64,000 nucleotides of DNA from Candidatus Omnitrophota bacterium (GCA_016208765.1 JACQXK010000065.1:64962-128961), one strand, 5' to 3'; shown: positions 19,153 to 29,967, counted from the stretch's first letter. Notes: a model not told the origin generated them from the sequence alone. Made by a program: numbers and translations.

Positions 19153-19960
19153 TATTTTGATTTTAGGTAAAGGTTATATCGGAGATAAACTGCGCTCAGT
19201 TTTAAATTGTAATATTTCAGGAGCAAAGATTGGCTCATTTAAAGAAGCTGAAAAAGAAATCTTGAAATATAAGCCAAAGGTAATTATTAATTGTATCGGC
19301 CACATCGGAAAAAATGTTGACTACTGCGAGCTGGATAAGGATAAGACTTTGTTTTCTAATGCTTTTTTGCCGGTTATCTTAGCCGAGGTTGCTTTAAGAA
19401 ACCGTATGAAGCTTGTGCACATTTCAAGCGGATGCATTTATAATTATGAATATGGGGTTACAAAGCCAATTACAGAGAATAAAGTTCCTGATTTTTTTAA
19501 TTTATTTTATTCAAGGAGCAAGATTTATTCTGAAAGAGCTTTGCTGCCGCTTGCGGATCGGTATAATATTCTAATTGCTAGAATCCGTATCCCCCTTGAT
19601 AATGTGAGCCATCCTAAAAATATTCTTAATAAGCTTATAAATTACAAAACGGTTATTGATATACCCAATTCTGTAACTTATATTCCTGATTTCGTAAAAG
19701 CTGTCCGGTATTTAATTAAGATTGATGCGAGAGGAGTGTATAATATTGTCAATAAGGGTACTTTGAGGTATCCTAAACTACTTGATGAATATCGCAAATA
19801 CTGCCCTGATTTTAAATATAAATTAATTAGTTACAAGAAAATGGGTTTAGTGCGCACAAACCTGATTTTATCTTCAGCGAAATTAGAGAACACAGGTTTT
19901 AAAGTAAGAAACATAGATGAGGTAATTCCAGAATGCGTAGAAAATTTCGTAAAATTTTAG
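19142..19960 (+). CDS. NRS/ER-type NDP-4-keto-6-deoxyglucose 3,5-epimerase/4-reductase (RmlD-like SDR)
   Basis: [38 protein letters not shown] motifs resembling plant NRS/ER; between rfbA and rfbB. Confidence 0.75.
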   Translation: MKSNILILGKGYIGDKLRSVLNCNISGAKIGSFKEAEKEILKYKPKVIINCIGHIGKNVDYCELDKDKTLFSNAFLPVILAEVALRNRMKLVHISSGCIYNYEYGVTKPITENKVPDFFNLFYSRSKIYSERALLPLADRYNILIARIRIPLDNVSHPKNILNKLINYKTVIDIPNSVTYIPDFVKAVRYLIKIDARGVYNIVNKGTLRYPKLLDEYRKYCPDFKYKLISYKKMGLVRTNLILSSAKLENTGFKVRNIDEVIPECVENFVKF

Positions 19961-20922
19961 TTACCGGCGGTGCTGGGTTTATTGGCAGCGCTTTTGTGCG
20001 GCTTGCGGTTAAGAAGGGCATTCTGCCTGTAATTGTTGATAAGCTTACTTATGCGGGGGATTTAGCGCGTTTAAAAGAAGTTGAATGTAAATACAAATTT
20101 TACAAGGTTGATATTTGTGATAAGCCTCGCCTTGAAGCAGTGTTTGCTAAAGAAAAACCGGATGCTGTTATTCATTTTGCTGCAGAGAGCCATGTTGATA
20201 GAAGCATAAAGGATGCCTCTCCTTTTATTGAGGCAAATATTCGCGGCACACAAATTCTTCTGGATACTGCACTTAAAAATAAAATAAAGAAATTTGTGCA
20301 TATTTCCACAGACGAGGTTTATGGAGACATAGAAAAGGGGAAATTTTCAGAGGAATCTCCGTTAAAACCAAATAGCCCTTATGCGGCCTCAAAGGCTGCT
20401 GCGGATTTGTTGGTAAAGTCGTATGTGAGGACATTTAAATTTCCGGCGCTAATTATCAGGGCAAGCAATAATTATGGGCCATGGCAATATCCGGAGAAGT
20501 TTATCCCGCGGGCAATCTTGACTGTCCTAAAGAACAAGAAGATTCCTGTTTATGGAAAAGGGTTAAACGTTAGGGAGTGGCTTTATGTAGAAGATTGCGC
20601 GCTTGGTATCTGGCAGGTTTTAAAAAGAGGAAAAATCGGAGAGGTTTATAATTTGGGGAGTGGCTACGAAGAAAAGAATATTCAAATAGCAAAAAAGGTT
20701 TTAAGTATTATGCAAAAGTGTTGGGTTGGAATTGAATTTGTTAAGGATAGGCCAGGACATGATATTAGGTATAGCTTGAGTGTTCAGAAAATCTTAAAGC
20801 AGGCCGGATGGCGTGCGCAGACTAATTTAGATGCCGGTTTAAATAAAACTGTTAATTGGTGCATTAAAAACAAGCAGTGGTTGTTTGGTAAATGGGAAGA
20901 GATTAATAAGCTCTACAAATAA
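19933..20922 (+). CDS. rfbB: dTDP-glucose 4,6-dehydratase
   Basis: [41 protein letters not shown]. Confidence 0.95.
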   Translation: MRRKFRKILVTGGAGFIGSAFVRLAVKKGILPVIVDKLTYAGDLARLKEVECKYKFYKVDICDKPRLEAVFAKEKPDAVIHFAAESHVDRSIKDASPFIEANIRGTQILLDTALKNKIKKFVHISTDEVYGDIEKGKFSEESPLKPNSPYAASKAAADLLVKSYVRTFKFPALIIRASNNYGPWQYPEKFIPRAILTVLKNKKIPVYGKGLNVREWLYVEDCALGIWQVLKRGKIGEVYNLGSGYEEKNIQIAKKVLSIMQKCWVGIEFVKDRPGHDIRYSLSVQKILKQAGWRAQTNLDAGLNKTVNWCIKNKQWLFGKWEEINKLYK

Positions 20923-21981
20923 ATGTCTGTAGTTATTGTTACTGGTTCCTGTGGTTTAGTTGGCTCTGAAGCGGTGAGCTTTTTTTGTGAAAAGAAATTT
21001 GATGTTGTGGGCATTGATAATAACATGCGCCGTAGTTTTTTTGGCCCTGATGGTGATGTGAGTTGGAACAAAAAACGTTTAAATAAACTTTACAAAAATT
21101 ATAAGCACAATGCACTTGACATTCGTAATGCCGAAGGCGTAAATAAATTATTTAAGAAATATTCAGGCGAAGCTGTATTAATTATTCATGCTGCGGCACA
21201 ACCTTCGCATGACTGGGCAGCAAAGTCTCCACAGGTTGATTTTGGGGTTAATGCCAATGGCACGCTTAATTTGCTGGAGGCATTTAGAAAGCATTGCCCG
21301 CAGGCGGTTTTTATTTTTACCTCAACCAACAAAGTTTATGGTGACCGCCCAAATTCACTGCCGCTGGTTGAGTTAAAGACAAGGTTTGAATTACCTCCTA
21401 AGCATGAATATTATGAAGGTATAAATGAATCAATGAGTATTGATAATTGCCTGCATAGTTTATTTGGGGCATCAAAAGTAGCTGCGGATGTTTTAACTCA
21501 GGAATACGGAAGGTATTTTGGTTTTAAGACAGGAGTTTTCCGGGGAGGCTGCCTGACAGGGCCTGCGCATTCAGGTACTATGCTGCACGGATTTTTATCA
21601 TATCTGGTGCGTTGCTGCATTACCGGAAAGAATTATTCAGTTTACGGCTATAAAGGAAAGCAGGTCAGGGATAATATCCATTCGCAGGATTTGATCAATG
21701 CTTTTTATCAATTTTTTAAGGCACCTCGTTCAGGAGAAGTGTACAATATCGGAGGAAGCCGTTTTGCAAATGTTTCCGTCTTGGAAGCAATTGAAATTTC
21801 TGAAAGAATCTGCAAAAAGAAAATGAATTACGAATATGTTGATAAAAATAGAATTGGTGACCATATCTGGTGGATAAGCGATGTCTTTAAATTTAAGTCG
21901 CATTACCCTGATTGGGATTATAAATATAATGTTGAGGATACAATAAGAGAAATTTTTGAGATGCAGAAGGGGGTAGTGTGA
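20923..21981 (+). CDS. NAD-dependent epimerase/dehydratase (CDP-tyvelose epimerase-like)
   Basis: [31 protein letters not shown]; FGASK where YxxxK is expected. Confidence 0.8.
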   Translation: MSVVIVTGSCGLVGSEAVSFFCEKKFDVVGIDNNMRRSFFGPDGDVSWNKKRLNKLYKNYKHNALDIRNAEGVNKLFKKYSGEAVLIIHAAAQPSHDWAAKSPQVDFGVNANGTLNLLEAFRKHCPQAVFIFTSTNKVYGDRPNSLPLVELKTRFELPPKHEYYEGINESMSIDNCLHSLFGASKVAADVLTQEYGRYFGFKTGVFRGGCLTGPAHSGTMLHGFLSYLVRCCITGKNYSVYGYKGKQVRDNIHSQDLINAFYQFFKAPRSGEVYNIGGSRFANVSVLEAIEISERICKKKMNYEYVDKNRIGDHIWWISDVFKFKSHYPDWDYKYNVEDTIREIFEMQKGVV

Positions 21982-23048
21982 AATATAAATTTATTTTAAT
22001 TACCGGCGGAGCTGGTTTTATCGGCAGTAACCTTGCAATTTCCTTTAAGCGTAAATACCCAAAAGTAAAAGTCCTTGTTTTAGATAATCTAAAACGTAGA
22101 GGCAGCGAACTTAATATTATCCGCTTGAAAGAAAGCGGAGTTTCTTTTTTGCATGCAGATATCAGGAATCCTGAGGATTTGGTTTTTGAGTGCCCTCCGG
22201 GATTACTGATTGAATGTTCAGCAGAGCCATCAGTAATGGCTGGAGTAGGAGATAACCCGCTGTATGTGGTTAATACAAATCTCACAGGAACAGTTAATTG
22301 TCTGGAGTTAGCCAGAAAAAGAAAGCTGGATGTGATATTTCTTTCAACAAGCAGAGTTTATCCTTATGGAGCTATTAATGAGATTAAGGCCCGTGAATCG
22401 GCGATAAGATTTGAATGGAGCTCCGGGCAGAAGATAAATGGCTGGTCAGTTGATGGGATTAATGAATCATTTACACTTGGAGGAGCAAAAACCTTGTATG
22501 GAGCAACAAAGCTTTGCTCAGAAATTTTATTACAGGAATATATTCAGAATTATGGTATTAAGGGCGTGGTTAATCGTTGCGGAGTTGTTGCAGGGCCATG
22601 GCAGTTTGGAAAAGTAGATCAGGGAATTTTCACTTTTTTAATGCTTGCGCACTTTTATAAAAAGCAAATAAAATATATTGGTTTTGGCGGGAAAGGCAAA
22701 CAGGTAAGGGATATTTTGCATGTTGATGACCTTCTTAGATTAATAGACCTGGAAGCTGGTAACATGAGCAAGGTTAACGCAGAGGTTTATAATATTGGCG
22801 GAGGTAACAACAGCAATCTCTCTTTAATTGAAACAGTAAGATTATGCGAAAAGATTACTGGAAGCAAAATGGAAATTAAGGGTGATTCTAATACTCGTCC
22901 AGGAGACATAAAGATTTATATTTCAGATAGCAAGAAAGTAGCCCATGATTTGGGATGGCAGCCGCAAGAAAGCCCCGGGGAGATTCTAGAAGATATTTTT
23001 AGTTGGATCAAGGAGAATGATTCTTTAGTTAAGGAGAGTTTGATATGA
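21978..23048 (+). CDS. NAD-dependent epimerase/dehydratase (CDP-tyvelose epimerase-like)
   Basis: [34 protein letters not shown]. Confidence 0.82.
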   Translation: MKYKFILITGGAGFIGSNLAISFKRKYPKVKVLVLDNLKRRGSELNIIRLKESGVSFLHADIRNPEDLVFECPPGLLIECSAEPSVMAGVGDNPLYVVNTNLTGTVNCLELARKRKLDVIFLSTSRVYPYGAINEIKARESAIRFEWSSGQKINGWSVDGINESFTLGGAKTLYGATKLCSEILLQEYIQNYGIKGVVNRCGVVAGPWQFGKVDQGIFTFLMLAHFYKKQIKYIGFGGKGKQVRDILHVDDLLRLIDLEAGNMSKVNAEVYNIGGGNNSNLSLIETVRLCEKITGSKMEIKGDSNTRPGDIKIYISDSKKVAHDLGWQPQESPGEILEDIFSWIKENDSLVKESLI

Positions 23049-23311
23049 CCTCGGTCTGGCCATTAATCGGTGGGACTGCTGCTACCTTAACTATGTTTGG
23101 TTTTGTGCCCCAGATTCTCAAAGTGCTTAAACATAAATCAGCAAAAGATGTCAGCGTGATTACAATCTTACAGTTTCTTGTGGGCGTTTCTTTTTGGATG
23201 GTTTATGGCCTGTATTTGCAGGATTATATTATTATTGTGGCAAACGCAGTTACTTTATTAACTTTGGTTGTTTTGTTATTTTTGTATTTTTCCTATGGGA
23301 GGGAGCAATGA
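23045..23311 (+). CDS. SemiSWEET / PQ-loop family membrane protein
   Basis: 88 aa, three TM helices, FVPQILK..SAKDVS, WMVYG, IIVAN motifs. Confidence 0.88.
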   Translation: MTSVWPLIGGTAATLTMFGFVPQILKVLKHKSAKDVSVITILQFLVGVSFWMVYGLYLQDYIIIVANAVTLLTLVVLLFLYFSYGREQ

Positions 23312-24294
23312 AGAAAAGGAAGGCATTAATTACCGGTATTGACGGGCAAGACGGGTCATATTTATCTGAGCTATTGTTAGAAAAAGGTTACGGAGTTTAT
23401 GGGATCGTAAGGAGGGTTGCCCTTGAGGATCCTGAACATCATTTGTGGAGAATCAGGCATTTATTAAATAAAATTAATATTTATTCCGGTTCACTTGAAA
23501 GTTATCCGAGCATTTTTAAGGTCGTAGAGAAAGTAAAACCGGATGAGTGTTATCATCTGGCAGCGCAAAGTTTTGTCAGTTATTCTTTTGAGGATGAGTT
23601 CTCAACCATTAATACAAATATAAACGGTACACATTTTGTACTCTCGGCAATAAAAGAACGGGCGCCTAAATGTAAGTTTTATTTTGCAGCTTCAAGTGAA
23701 ATGTTCGGCCATGCCAAAGAAGTGCCGCAGAATGAATTTACACCGTTTCATCCGCGCTCGCCTTATGGGATTTCAAAGGTAGCTGGTTTTGATTTAACCC
23801 GTAACTACCGCGAAGCGTATAATTTATTCGCCTGTAATGGTATTTTGTTTAATCATGAATCTCCTCGCCGTGGTTTTGAGTTTGTTACTAGAAAGATTAC
23901 AAATACAGTCGCCGAGATAAAACTTGGGCTTTCCAAGGAATTGAAACTTGGTAACCTTGAGGCAAAACGCGACTGGGGATTTTCAGGGGATTATGTTTTG
24001 GCAATGTGGCTGATGCTACAGCAGGATAAACCGGATGATTATGTAATTGGCACCGGAGAGACTCATACTGTAAAAAAATTTGTGGAGCTGGCATTTGGCT
24101 ACGCTGGGCTTGATTGGAAGAAGTACGTGAAGAAGGATGAATTATTGTTCCGCCCGGCTGAGGTCAATGTGTTGCAAGGCGACTATAGCAAAGCAAAGAA
24201 AATCCTCGGCTGGAAACCCACGGTGAAATTTGAAGATTTGGTAAAGATGATGGTGGATGCTGATTTGGAGAGGCTGAAGAATAGGGTTTGTTAA
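23308..24294 (+). CDS. gmd: GDP-mannose 4,6-dehydratase
   Basis: ALITGIDGQDGSYL, AAQSFV, PRSPYGISK, NHESPRRG, RDWG; ATG at 23308 overlaps the SemiSWEET stop. Confidence 0.95.
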   Translation: MKKRKALITGIDGQDGSYLSELLLEKGYGVYGIVRRVALEDPEHHLWRIRHLLNKINIYSGSLESYPSIFKVVEKVKPDECYHLAAQSFVSYSFEDEFSTINTNINGTHFVLSAIKERAPKCKFYFAASSEMFGHAKEVPQNEFTPFHPRSPYGISKVAGFDLTRNYREAYNLFACNGILFNHESPRRGFEFVTRKITNTVAEIKLGLSKELKLGNLEAKRDWGFSGDYVLAMWLMLQQDKPDDYVIGTGETHTVKKFVELAFGYAGLDWKKYVKKDELLFRPAEVNVLQGDYSKAKKILGWKPTVKFEDLVKMMVDADLERLKNRVC

Positions 24295-24327
24295 AAATAT
24301 TAGTTGTGAGTTTAATGGCGTTAATCT

Positions 24328-24948
24328 ATGGAATATGTTAAAAGAATAAATTTTGAGGAAGAAAAAGATTTCCTAAACAGGATAGGCGATCCTAAGGGGA
24401 AAGTCATATTATCTATTGGAAATGGCAATATGGCGCCTTTCTTTGAAAATGTAATTATCTCTGATATTACTTTTGACAAAATGCTTAAGACATCCGGAAA
24501 CAAAAAAATTATAGACGCTCATAATATTGACTTCCCGGATAGTTCAATAGATGTGATTTATGGCTGGCAGGTTATTCATCATCTAAATATTGATTTATTT
24601 TTCCCTGAGCTTAAGAGAGTGCTTAAATCTGGCGGCAAGGCCGTATTTATTGACAACGCCTATTCTCCCAACTGGAGAATCATAAGAAAAATATTTCCAA
24701 AACACCCGGATGACCCCAGGGAAGATTTAAAGGAAGAATTTTTAGCATCTAAGGCAGAGCAATACGGATTATCTAATTTTTATTCTAGACGATATAACCT
24801 TTTTGCATACTTATTTCATAAATTCATGCGAAATATTCTGGGTATTAGTTTTACATTCTCATTTCTGGTTAAACTAGACAAGTTCCTAAGCAGGTATTCA
24901 ATTATAAGAAATAACCTGAGAAATATGGTTTGGAGCGTTGAAAAGTAA
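24328..24948 (+). CDS. Class I SAM-dependent methyltransferase (divergent)
   Basis: LSIGNG, DAHNIDFPDSSIDV, IHHL, ELKRVLKSGG. Confidence 0.7.
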   Translation: MEYVKRINFEEEKDFLNRIGDPKGKVILSIGNGNMAPFFENVIISDITFDKMLKTSGNKKIIDAHNIDFPDSSIDVIYGWQVIHHLNIDLFFPELKRVLKSGGKAVFIDNAYSPNWRIIRKIFPKHPDDPREDLKEEFLASKAEQYGLSNFYSRRYNLFAYLFHKFMRNILGISFTFSFLVKLDKFLSRYSIIRNNLRNMVWSVEK

Positions 24949-26295
24949 ATGGTTATTACTCCCCTGGTTATCATCTATATAATTCTTGCTTTAATTGTTA
25001 TTGCTCGTCCACTTGCAATAATTTATTTGTTAGCTGTCGTATCGCCATTTTATGAATACTTCACTGAACTTTTTTATAAAATCCATATTTATAGTTTTTC
25101 TTTTACATTAAAACCCTTTCTTTTTCTAACATTATTGTTGATTTTATGTTCAATGAAAAGAATATTTTCCGGACAAAGGAAGGTTTTTGATGATCTTGCT
25201 CTTACGCATAAGTTTATTTTTTTAAGTTTTTCTGTTTTTTGTTTGTTTTCTGCTTTTTTTGCTTTTATTCAAAAAAGCCAGTATTTAACGGAAATAAATT
25301 TGTTTTTAAATATAAGTTTAATCTTCTTCCTGCCGATTTTTTACTGGAAAAAAACAATAAGATTGAATTATATTCTTAATATTCTAACTGTAATTGTTTT
25401 TTGCATTGCAGCTTATAGTCTTTTTTATTTTCTTCTACCGAATCCAGTGTATTTTAAGATGAGTAAACATCCTGGGTTTTGTACCTTTTTACTGTTAACG
25501 ATCCCCTTTGTTATATTAAATTATTTCTTTGCCAAGAATAGAATGATGGGATATTTTGCTTTGGCAGCAAGTTTATGTTCTTTTGTAGCCATTATTTTCT
25601 CGCTTACAAGAAGCGGTTATGTGGCACTATTGATTACATTGCCTTTTTTTATTTATTATTTATTTAGTTTCTCAAAAGCAAGCAGGGATATATCTAGAAA
25701 AATATTTATTTTTACTTCAAGTTTGTTTTTATGTGCTGTTATTGCTGTTTCTTTTTCTTCGCGAGTGAGGGGCGCTATGTTGTTGTCAAGATCTGTTTTG
25801 GTGGCCTCAGATAATAATATCTATAAAGATCCCCAAACAGCCCAAATAAAAAATTATTTTTTAAGGAATATGTATCTGGTATTGGCCCATGAGCGCACTA
25901 TTGTTTGGAGAAAATCACTTGAGTTGGTTAGGGCTTCGCCATTTAAAGGGCACGGATTAAATTACCACGTGGTCCCGGGTTTGATGGGCGCGCATAACAA
26001 CTTTATAGCCGTTCTAGTCGCATCAGGGATAGCTGGGTTTGTTTTTTTTATTTTTGGTTCTATGCTTCTTCTTGTTTTGCTATTAAAAAAGATAAAATCC
26101 AATTTAAATTGGGTCAAAAAGTCTTTCTTTTTGGCAGTTTTGATTAGTCTCGTTTCGCTTTTTGTTCAAGGGCTGGTCCAAACTATAATAAACGAATATA
26201 TAATTTGGTTTGTAATTTCGTTGTCCTTTTTAAATCAGCAATATTTGGTTCTGGATAACAAAGAAAACTTAATTTTAGAGAAGGAAGGCGCTTAG
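24949..26295 (+). CDS. O-antigen ligase / Wzy_C family membrane protein
   Basis: Many TM segments; TRSGY, ER..VW, GHG, AHNNF..LVASGIAG motifs. Confidence 0.8.
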   Translation: MVITPLVIIYIILALIVIARPLAIIYLLAVVSPFYEYFTELFYKIHIYSFSFTLKPFLFLTLLLILCSMKRIFSGQRKVFDDLALTHKFIFLSFSVFCLFSAFFAFIQKSQYLTEINLFLNISLIFFLPIFYWKKTIRLNYILNILTVIVFCIAAYSLFYFLLPNPVYFKMSKHPGFCTFLLLTIPFVILNYFFAKNRMMGYFALAASLCSFVAIIFSLTRSGYVALLITLPFFIYYLFSFSKASRDISRKIFIFTSSLFLCAVIAVSFSSRVRGAMLLSRSVLVASDNNIYKDPQTAQIKNYFLRNMYLVLAHERTIVWRKSLELVRASPFKGHGLNYHVVPGLMGAHNNFIAVLVASGIAGFVFFIFGSMLLLVLLLKKIKSNLNWVKKSFFLAVLISLVSLFVQGLVQTIINEYIIWFVISLSFLNQQYLVLDNKENLILEKEGA

Positions 26296-26298
26296 AAG

Positions 26299-26991
26299 AT
26301 GGTTTCAGTAATTCTGCCAACTTATAATGAATCGGAAATTATCTTAGATTTAATTAATTCATTATTAAAGATTATAAAAGAGCCATTAGAAGTTTTAGTC
26401 ATAGATGATAATTCTCCTGATTTAACTTGGGGGATTGTAGAAAAATCGCATATTTCTAATGTGAGAGTTATAAGAAGAATGAATGAAAGAGGTTTGGCTA
26501 CGGCTATTGACAGAGGAATTAAGGAGTCAAAGGGTGATATTGTCGGCTGGATGGACGCAGATATGAGCATGCCTCCAAGCGTGATACCTGGGATGCTTTC
26601 TGCGTTAAGGGATGCAGATATTGCAATTGGGTCGCGTTATGTTCCTGGTGGTAAAGATGCGCGTGGGTTTTTCAGGGCGCTAACTAGCAAGATTATCAAT
26701 TGGTTTGCCGGGTTATTGCTGGGTTTTGACATAAGGGATTATGACAGTGGGTTTATTGTTCTTAAGAAATCAGTGTTTAGCAAGGTTAATTTTCCAAGCC
26801 ATGGATATGGAGATTATTTTATTGAGTTTATTTATAAATGCAAGAAAGCAGGTTTTAAGGTTAAAGAAATTCCTTATATTTTTACAGACAGAAAGCTGGG
26901 TAAGTCTAAGACACAGGCTTCTTTGTTGGGCTTCTTCAAACTTGGCTCTGGCTATATAAAAAGGATTATTGCAATAAGGTTTTCTAAGTAA
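26299..26991 (+). CDS. GT2 polyprenol monophosphomannose synthase-like glycosyltransferase
   Basis: ILPTYNE, DDNSPD, MDADMS, GSRYVPGG, FTDRKLGKSK. Confidence 0.85.
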   Translation: MVSVILPTYNESEIILDLINSLLKIIKEPLEVLVIDDNSPDLTWGIVEKSHISNVRVIRRMNERGLATAIDRGIKESKGDIVGWMDADMSMPPSVIPGMLSALRDADIAIGSRYVPGGKDARGFFRALTSKIINWFAGLLLGFDIRDYDSGFIVLKKSVFSKVNFPSHGYGDYFIEFIYKCKKAGFKVKEIPYIFTDRKLGKSKTQASLLGFFKLGSGYIKRIIAIRFSK

Positions 26992-27012
26992 TTTCTCAGA
27001 AAGGAATTTGTT

Positions 27013-27432
27013 ATGGCAGAATTTATTAAATCAAAGAAGGGAACGTTGATTGCTGTTATTTTGCCTCGTAAACTGGAAACCAAAGGAGTTACCTTTTTTA
27101 CTCCTCCTGATTTCTCTCAACAGGTTGGTTTATTGTGCCATAAAAAAGGAGCCGAGGTAAAACCGCACGTGCATAAAATAGTGCACCGTAAAGTTGCAAT
27201 TACTCAGGAAGTTCTGCACGTTAAAAAAGGAAAAATTGCCGTATACTTGTACGATGAAAACAGAACACTTGTTGCGACTAGGATACTAAAGAGCGGAGAC
27301 ACAATATTATTGGCAAATGCCGGGCATGGGATCAGGGTTTTGGAGGATAGCCTGATGCTTGAGGTTAAGCAGGGCCCGTATGCCGGGGTTGACGATAAGG
27401 AATATATTGAAAAAAGAAAGAAGCATAAATGA
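27013..27432 (+). CDS. Cupin-fold protein associated with sugar biosynthesis
   Basis: PHVH, TQEVL, GHG, EVKQGPY metal-cupin pattern. Confidence 0.7.
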   Translation: MAEFIKSKKGTLIAVILPRKLETKGVTFFTPPDFSQQVGLLCHKKGAEVKPHVHKIVHRKVAITQEVLHVKKGKIAVYLYDENRTLVATRILKSGDTILLANAGHGIRVLEDSLMLEVKQGPYAGVDDKEYIEKRKKHK

Positions 27433-28544
27433 TACCTGTTAATCAGCCGTATCTTGGTAAAGAAGAATTAAAGAATGTTATTCAGTGTGTAAAAAGCGGA
27501 TGGATTTCCTCAAAAGGTCAATTCATTAAGCGTTTTGAAGAAGAGTTTGCTGAATATTGTGGAATGAAATACGGGATTTCTGTAACTAGCGGTACAACCG
27601 CGCTTCATCTTGCACTTTTATCTTTGGGGATTAAAGAAGGCGATGAGGTAATTTTGCCAACATTTACTATGGTTGCCTCGGCTTATGCGGTGTTATATAC
27701 AGGAGCGAGGCCTGTTTTTGTTGATAGTGAAGAGCGAACCTGGAATATGGATTGCGCGAAGATTGAAGAAGCAATCACTAAGCGTACAAAAGCAATTATG
27801 CCGGTACATATTTATGGGCATCCGGTTGATATGGATTCGGTGATGAGGCTGGCAAAGAAATATAAGCTTTATGTTGTTGAGGATGCTGCTGAGGCACATG
27901 GCTCGGAATATAAGGGCAGAAAATGCGGAAGCTTTGGTGATTTTGGTTGTTTTAGTTTTTATGCCAATAAGATTATTACAACTGGTGAAGGTGGGATGGT
28001 GGTCACCAATAATAAAAAACTTGCCGAGAGGGCAGAATTGCTAAAAGATCTTTCACATTCACCGGGAAAGCGTTTTTTGCATACTGATCTTGGGTATAAT
28101 TATAGAATGACAAATATGCAAGCAGCAGTTGGGTTGGGCCAATTGCACAAGATTAAATCTTTTATTAGCAAAAAGCGCCAAATGGCAAGCCAGTATTCTG
28201 AAGAATTAAAAGTAGTACCTGGATTGCGCTTTCCGTTTGAGGAGGATTGGGCAAAAAGCGTTTATTGGATGTATTCAATCTTAATAGAAGATAGTTTTGG
28301 CTTAACAAGAGATGAGTCCCGGGATAAATTGCATTCTCAAGGTATTGAAACGCGAACTTTTTTTGTTCCTATGCACCAGCAGCCGGTAATTCGTAAACTT
28401 TGCCCGGAAGCTAATAGAAAGAAATACCCTGTTGCTGATTATATTGCACAAAAAGGGCTTTATTTACCGTCGGGTTTGGCTATAACAAAAGGCGAGATTC
28501 ATAGAGTTTGTAATGTTATCAAAAAGATAAAGAAGAGCATTTAA
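27429..28544 (+). CDS. DegT/DnrJ/EryC1/StrS aminotransferase (perosamine synthetase-like)
   Basis: GWISSKG, SGTTALHLA, EDAAEAHG, SFYANKIITTGEGG, GYNYRMTN; gmd nearby. Confidence 0.88.
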   Translation: MIPVNQPYLGKEELKNVIQCVKSGWISSKGQFIKRFEEEFAEYCGMKYGISVTSGTTALHLALLSLGIKEGDEVILPTFTMVASAYAVLYTGARPVFVDSEERTWNMDCAKIEEAITKRTKAIMPVHIYGHPVDMDSVMRLAKKYKLYVVEDAAEAHGSEYKGRKCGSFGDFGCFSFYANKIITTGEGGMVVTNNKKLAERAELLKDLSHSPGKRFLHTDLGYNYRMTNMQAAVGLGQLHKIKSFISKKRQMASQYSEELKVVPGLRFPFEEDWAKSVYWMYSILIEDSFGLTRDESRDKLHSQGIETRTFFVPMHQQPVIRKLCPEANRKKYPVADYIAQKGLYLPSGLAITKGEIHRVCNVIKKIKKSI

Positions 28545-28548
28545 AATT

Positions 28549-29967
28549 ATGTTATTTAATGATTATAAAAAAAGTTTTATTGTAGCGCACCTTTGTTTTT
28601 TATTGTCCTTGTGCGCGGTATATTTTATTCCTACCATTGCTTCATTGATTGGCGATAGTGTTCTGCCTCCGATGAATAAGCACCTGCGTTTTTATATTAT
28701 ATTTATTTTTAGCCTTGTGTTTATTTTTTATCTTTTAGATTTGTATTATTGTAACAAGATTAGGTTATTTGAATCAGGTAAAAGTATTTTGTCAGGTTAT
28801 TTCTGGGTTAGCACTGTTTCTGTAATGGTTTTTTTGTGTTCTTCTTATGCGTTACTATCTAGCGATTTATTTGAATATTCTTTACGCGCAAGAATGCTTA
28901 GTTTGTATAATTTAAATCCCTACTTGAGTGTTCCGGTAAAGATAAAACACGATTTTTTCTATCCTATGTTATTCTGGAAGAATACTCCAGAATGTTACGG
29001 CCCATTATGGGTTAATATCGGACAATTGCATTCAATTTTCTTTAAAAACAACATGTTCTTAACTTCTTTTATGCATAAATCCATACTTTTAATTTTCCTT
29101 GGGTTAAGCTCGTTCTCTTTTTATAAACTTGCTTCTCAGTTAAGAATCAAGAATTGCATATTATTGACTGTTGCTTTTTTCATGAATCCTTTGGTAATTA
29201 TTGCTACTATTATTGATGGGCACAATGAGATCGCTATGACGTTTTTTATTTTATTGGCGAGCCTGGCACTTCTACGTTCACGTTATGTTTTGGCTCTATT
29301 TTTATTAACACTGGCAATACAGGTTAAGTTTGTTTATGTTTTAATTGTGCCGTTGTTTATATTATATATTTTCAGAGATACATCTAAAAAGATGCTGTTG
29401 CGTTTTCTTGATATTATTACTGGGGCAGTGTTTTCACTAATTGTCGTTGTTCTTTTATGGTTGCCATTTGGCAAACAAAGCCTCCTTGCTATTATTGAGT
29501 ATTATAAGAACCTGAGTTTAAATTTTTGGTTTGATTCCATTCCTTTTGCTGTTTATTTTCTTTTAGATAAAATGGGGGTTGTTATTGATAAATATAACAT
29601 TGCGACATTGTTTTCTATTGTTTTTGTTTTAATTTATGTTTATCTGTTGGCAAACTTTGTAAGAAGAATTAAGCAGGACCAAAAGATATTTTTTACTACA
29701 GTCAGCCTCATTTTGCTCGCTTTGTTTATTACTAACTCAACTCCTTTTCAGGCGTGGTATTTGCTTTGGGTAATTCCTTTTATTTTGCTTAGCGGCACAA
29801 AAACAAGGTTTTTGCTGGTTTTTCTTTTGTCGTATTTCTTTATTCTTACCTTCTGGAAGAGGATGTCTGTTTTGTTTTTGCCTATGGTTATTTCTTACAT
29901 ATTAGTACAAATTTATTCAACTAAATTTGTAAAAATCAAAGGTTTTTTATATTCACTTGAGGAATAA
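28549..29967 (+). CDS. GT-C glycosyltransferase, MptA/MptB-like
   Basis: Polytopic; SSDLFEY, TPECYGPL, NPLVII..DGHNE, VKF, WY motifs. Confidence 0.7.
   Translation: MLFNDYKKSFIVAHLCFLLSLCAVYFIPTIASLIGDSVLPPMNKHLRFYIIFIFSLVFIFYLLDLYYCNKIRLFESGKSILSGYFWVSTVSVMVFLCSSYALLSSDLFEYSLRARMLSLYNLNPYLSVPVKIKHDFFYPMLFWKNTPECYGPLWVNIGQLHSIFFKNNMFLTSFMHKSILLIFLGLSSFSFYKLASQLRIKNCILLTVAFFMNPLVIIATIIDGHNEIAMTFFILLASLALLRSRYVLALFLLTLAIQVKFVYVLIVPLFILYIFRDTSKKMLLRFLDIITGAVFSLIVVVLLWLPFGKQSLLAIIEYYKNLSLNFWFDSIPFAVYFLLDKMGVVIDKYNIATLFSIVFVLIYVYLLANFVRRIKQDQKIFFTTVSLILLALFITNSTPFQAWYLLWVIPFILLSGTKTRFLLVFLLSYFFILTFWKRMSVLFLPMVISYILVQIYSTKFVKIKGFLYSLEE

Noticed and set aside
23194-23307. N-terminal extension of gmd in the ORF track
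   Set aside because: Overlaps SemiSWEET in another frame; the homologous Gmd sequence begins at ATG 23308, which has an RBS
24328-24948. Methyltransferase pseudogene
   Set aside because: The SAM motif is degenerate but the ORF is intact and abuts the next gene; no frameshift remnant was seen upstream
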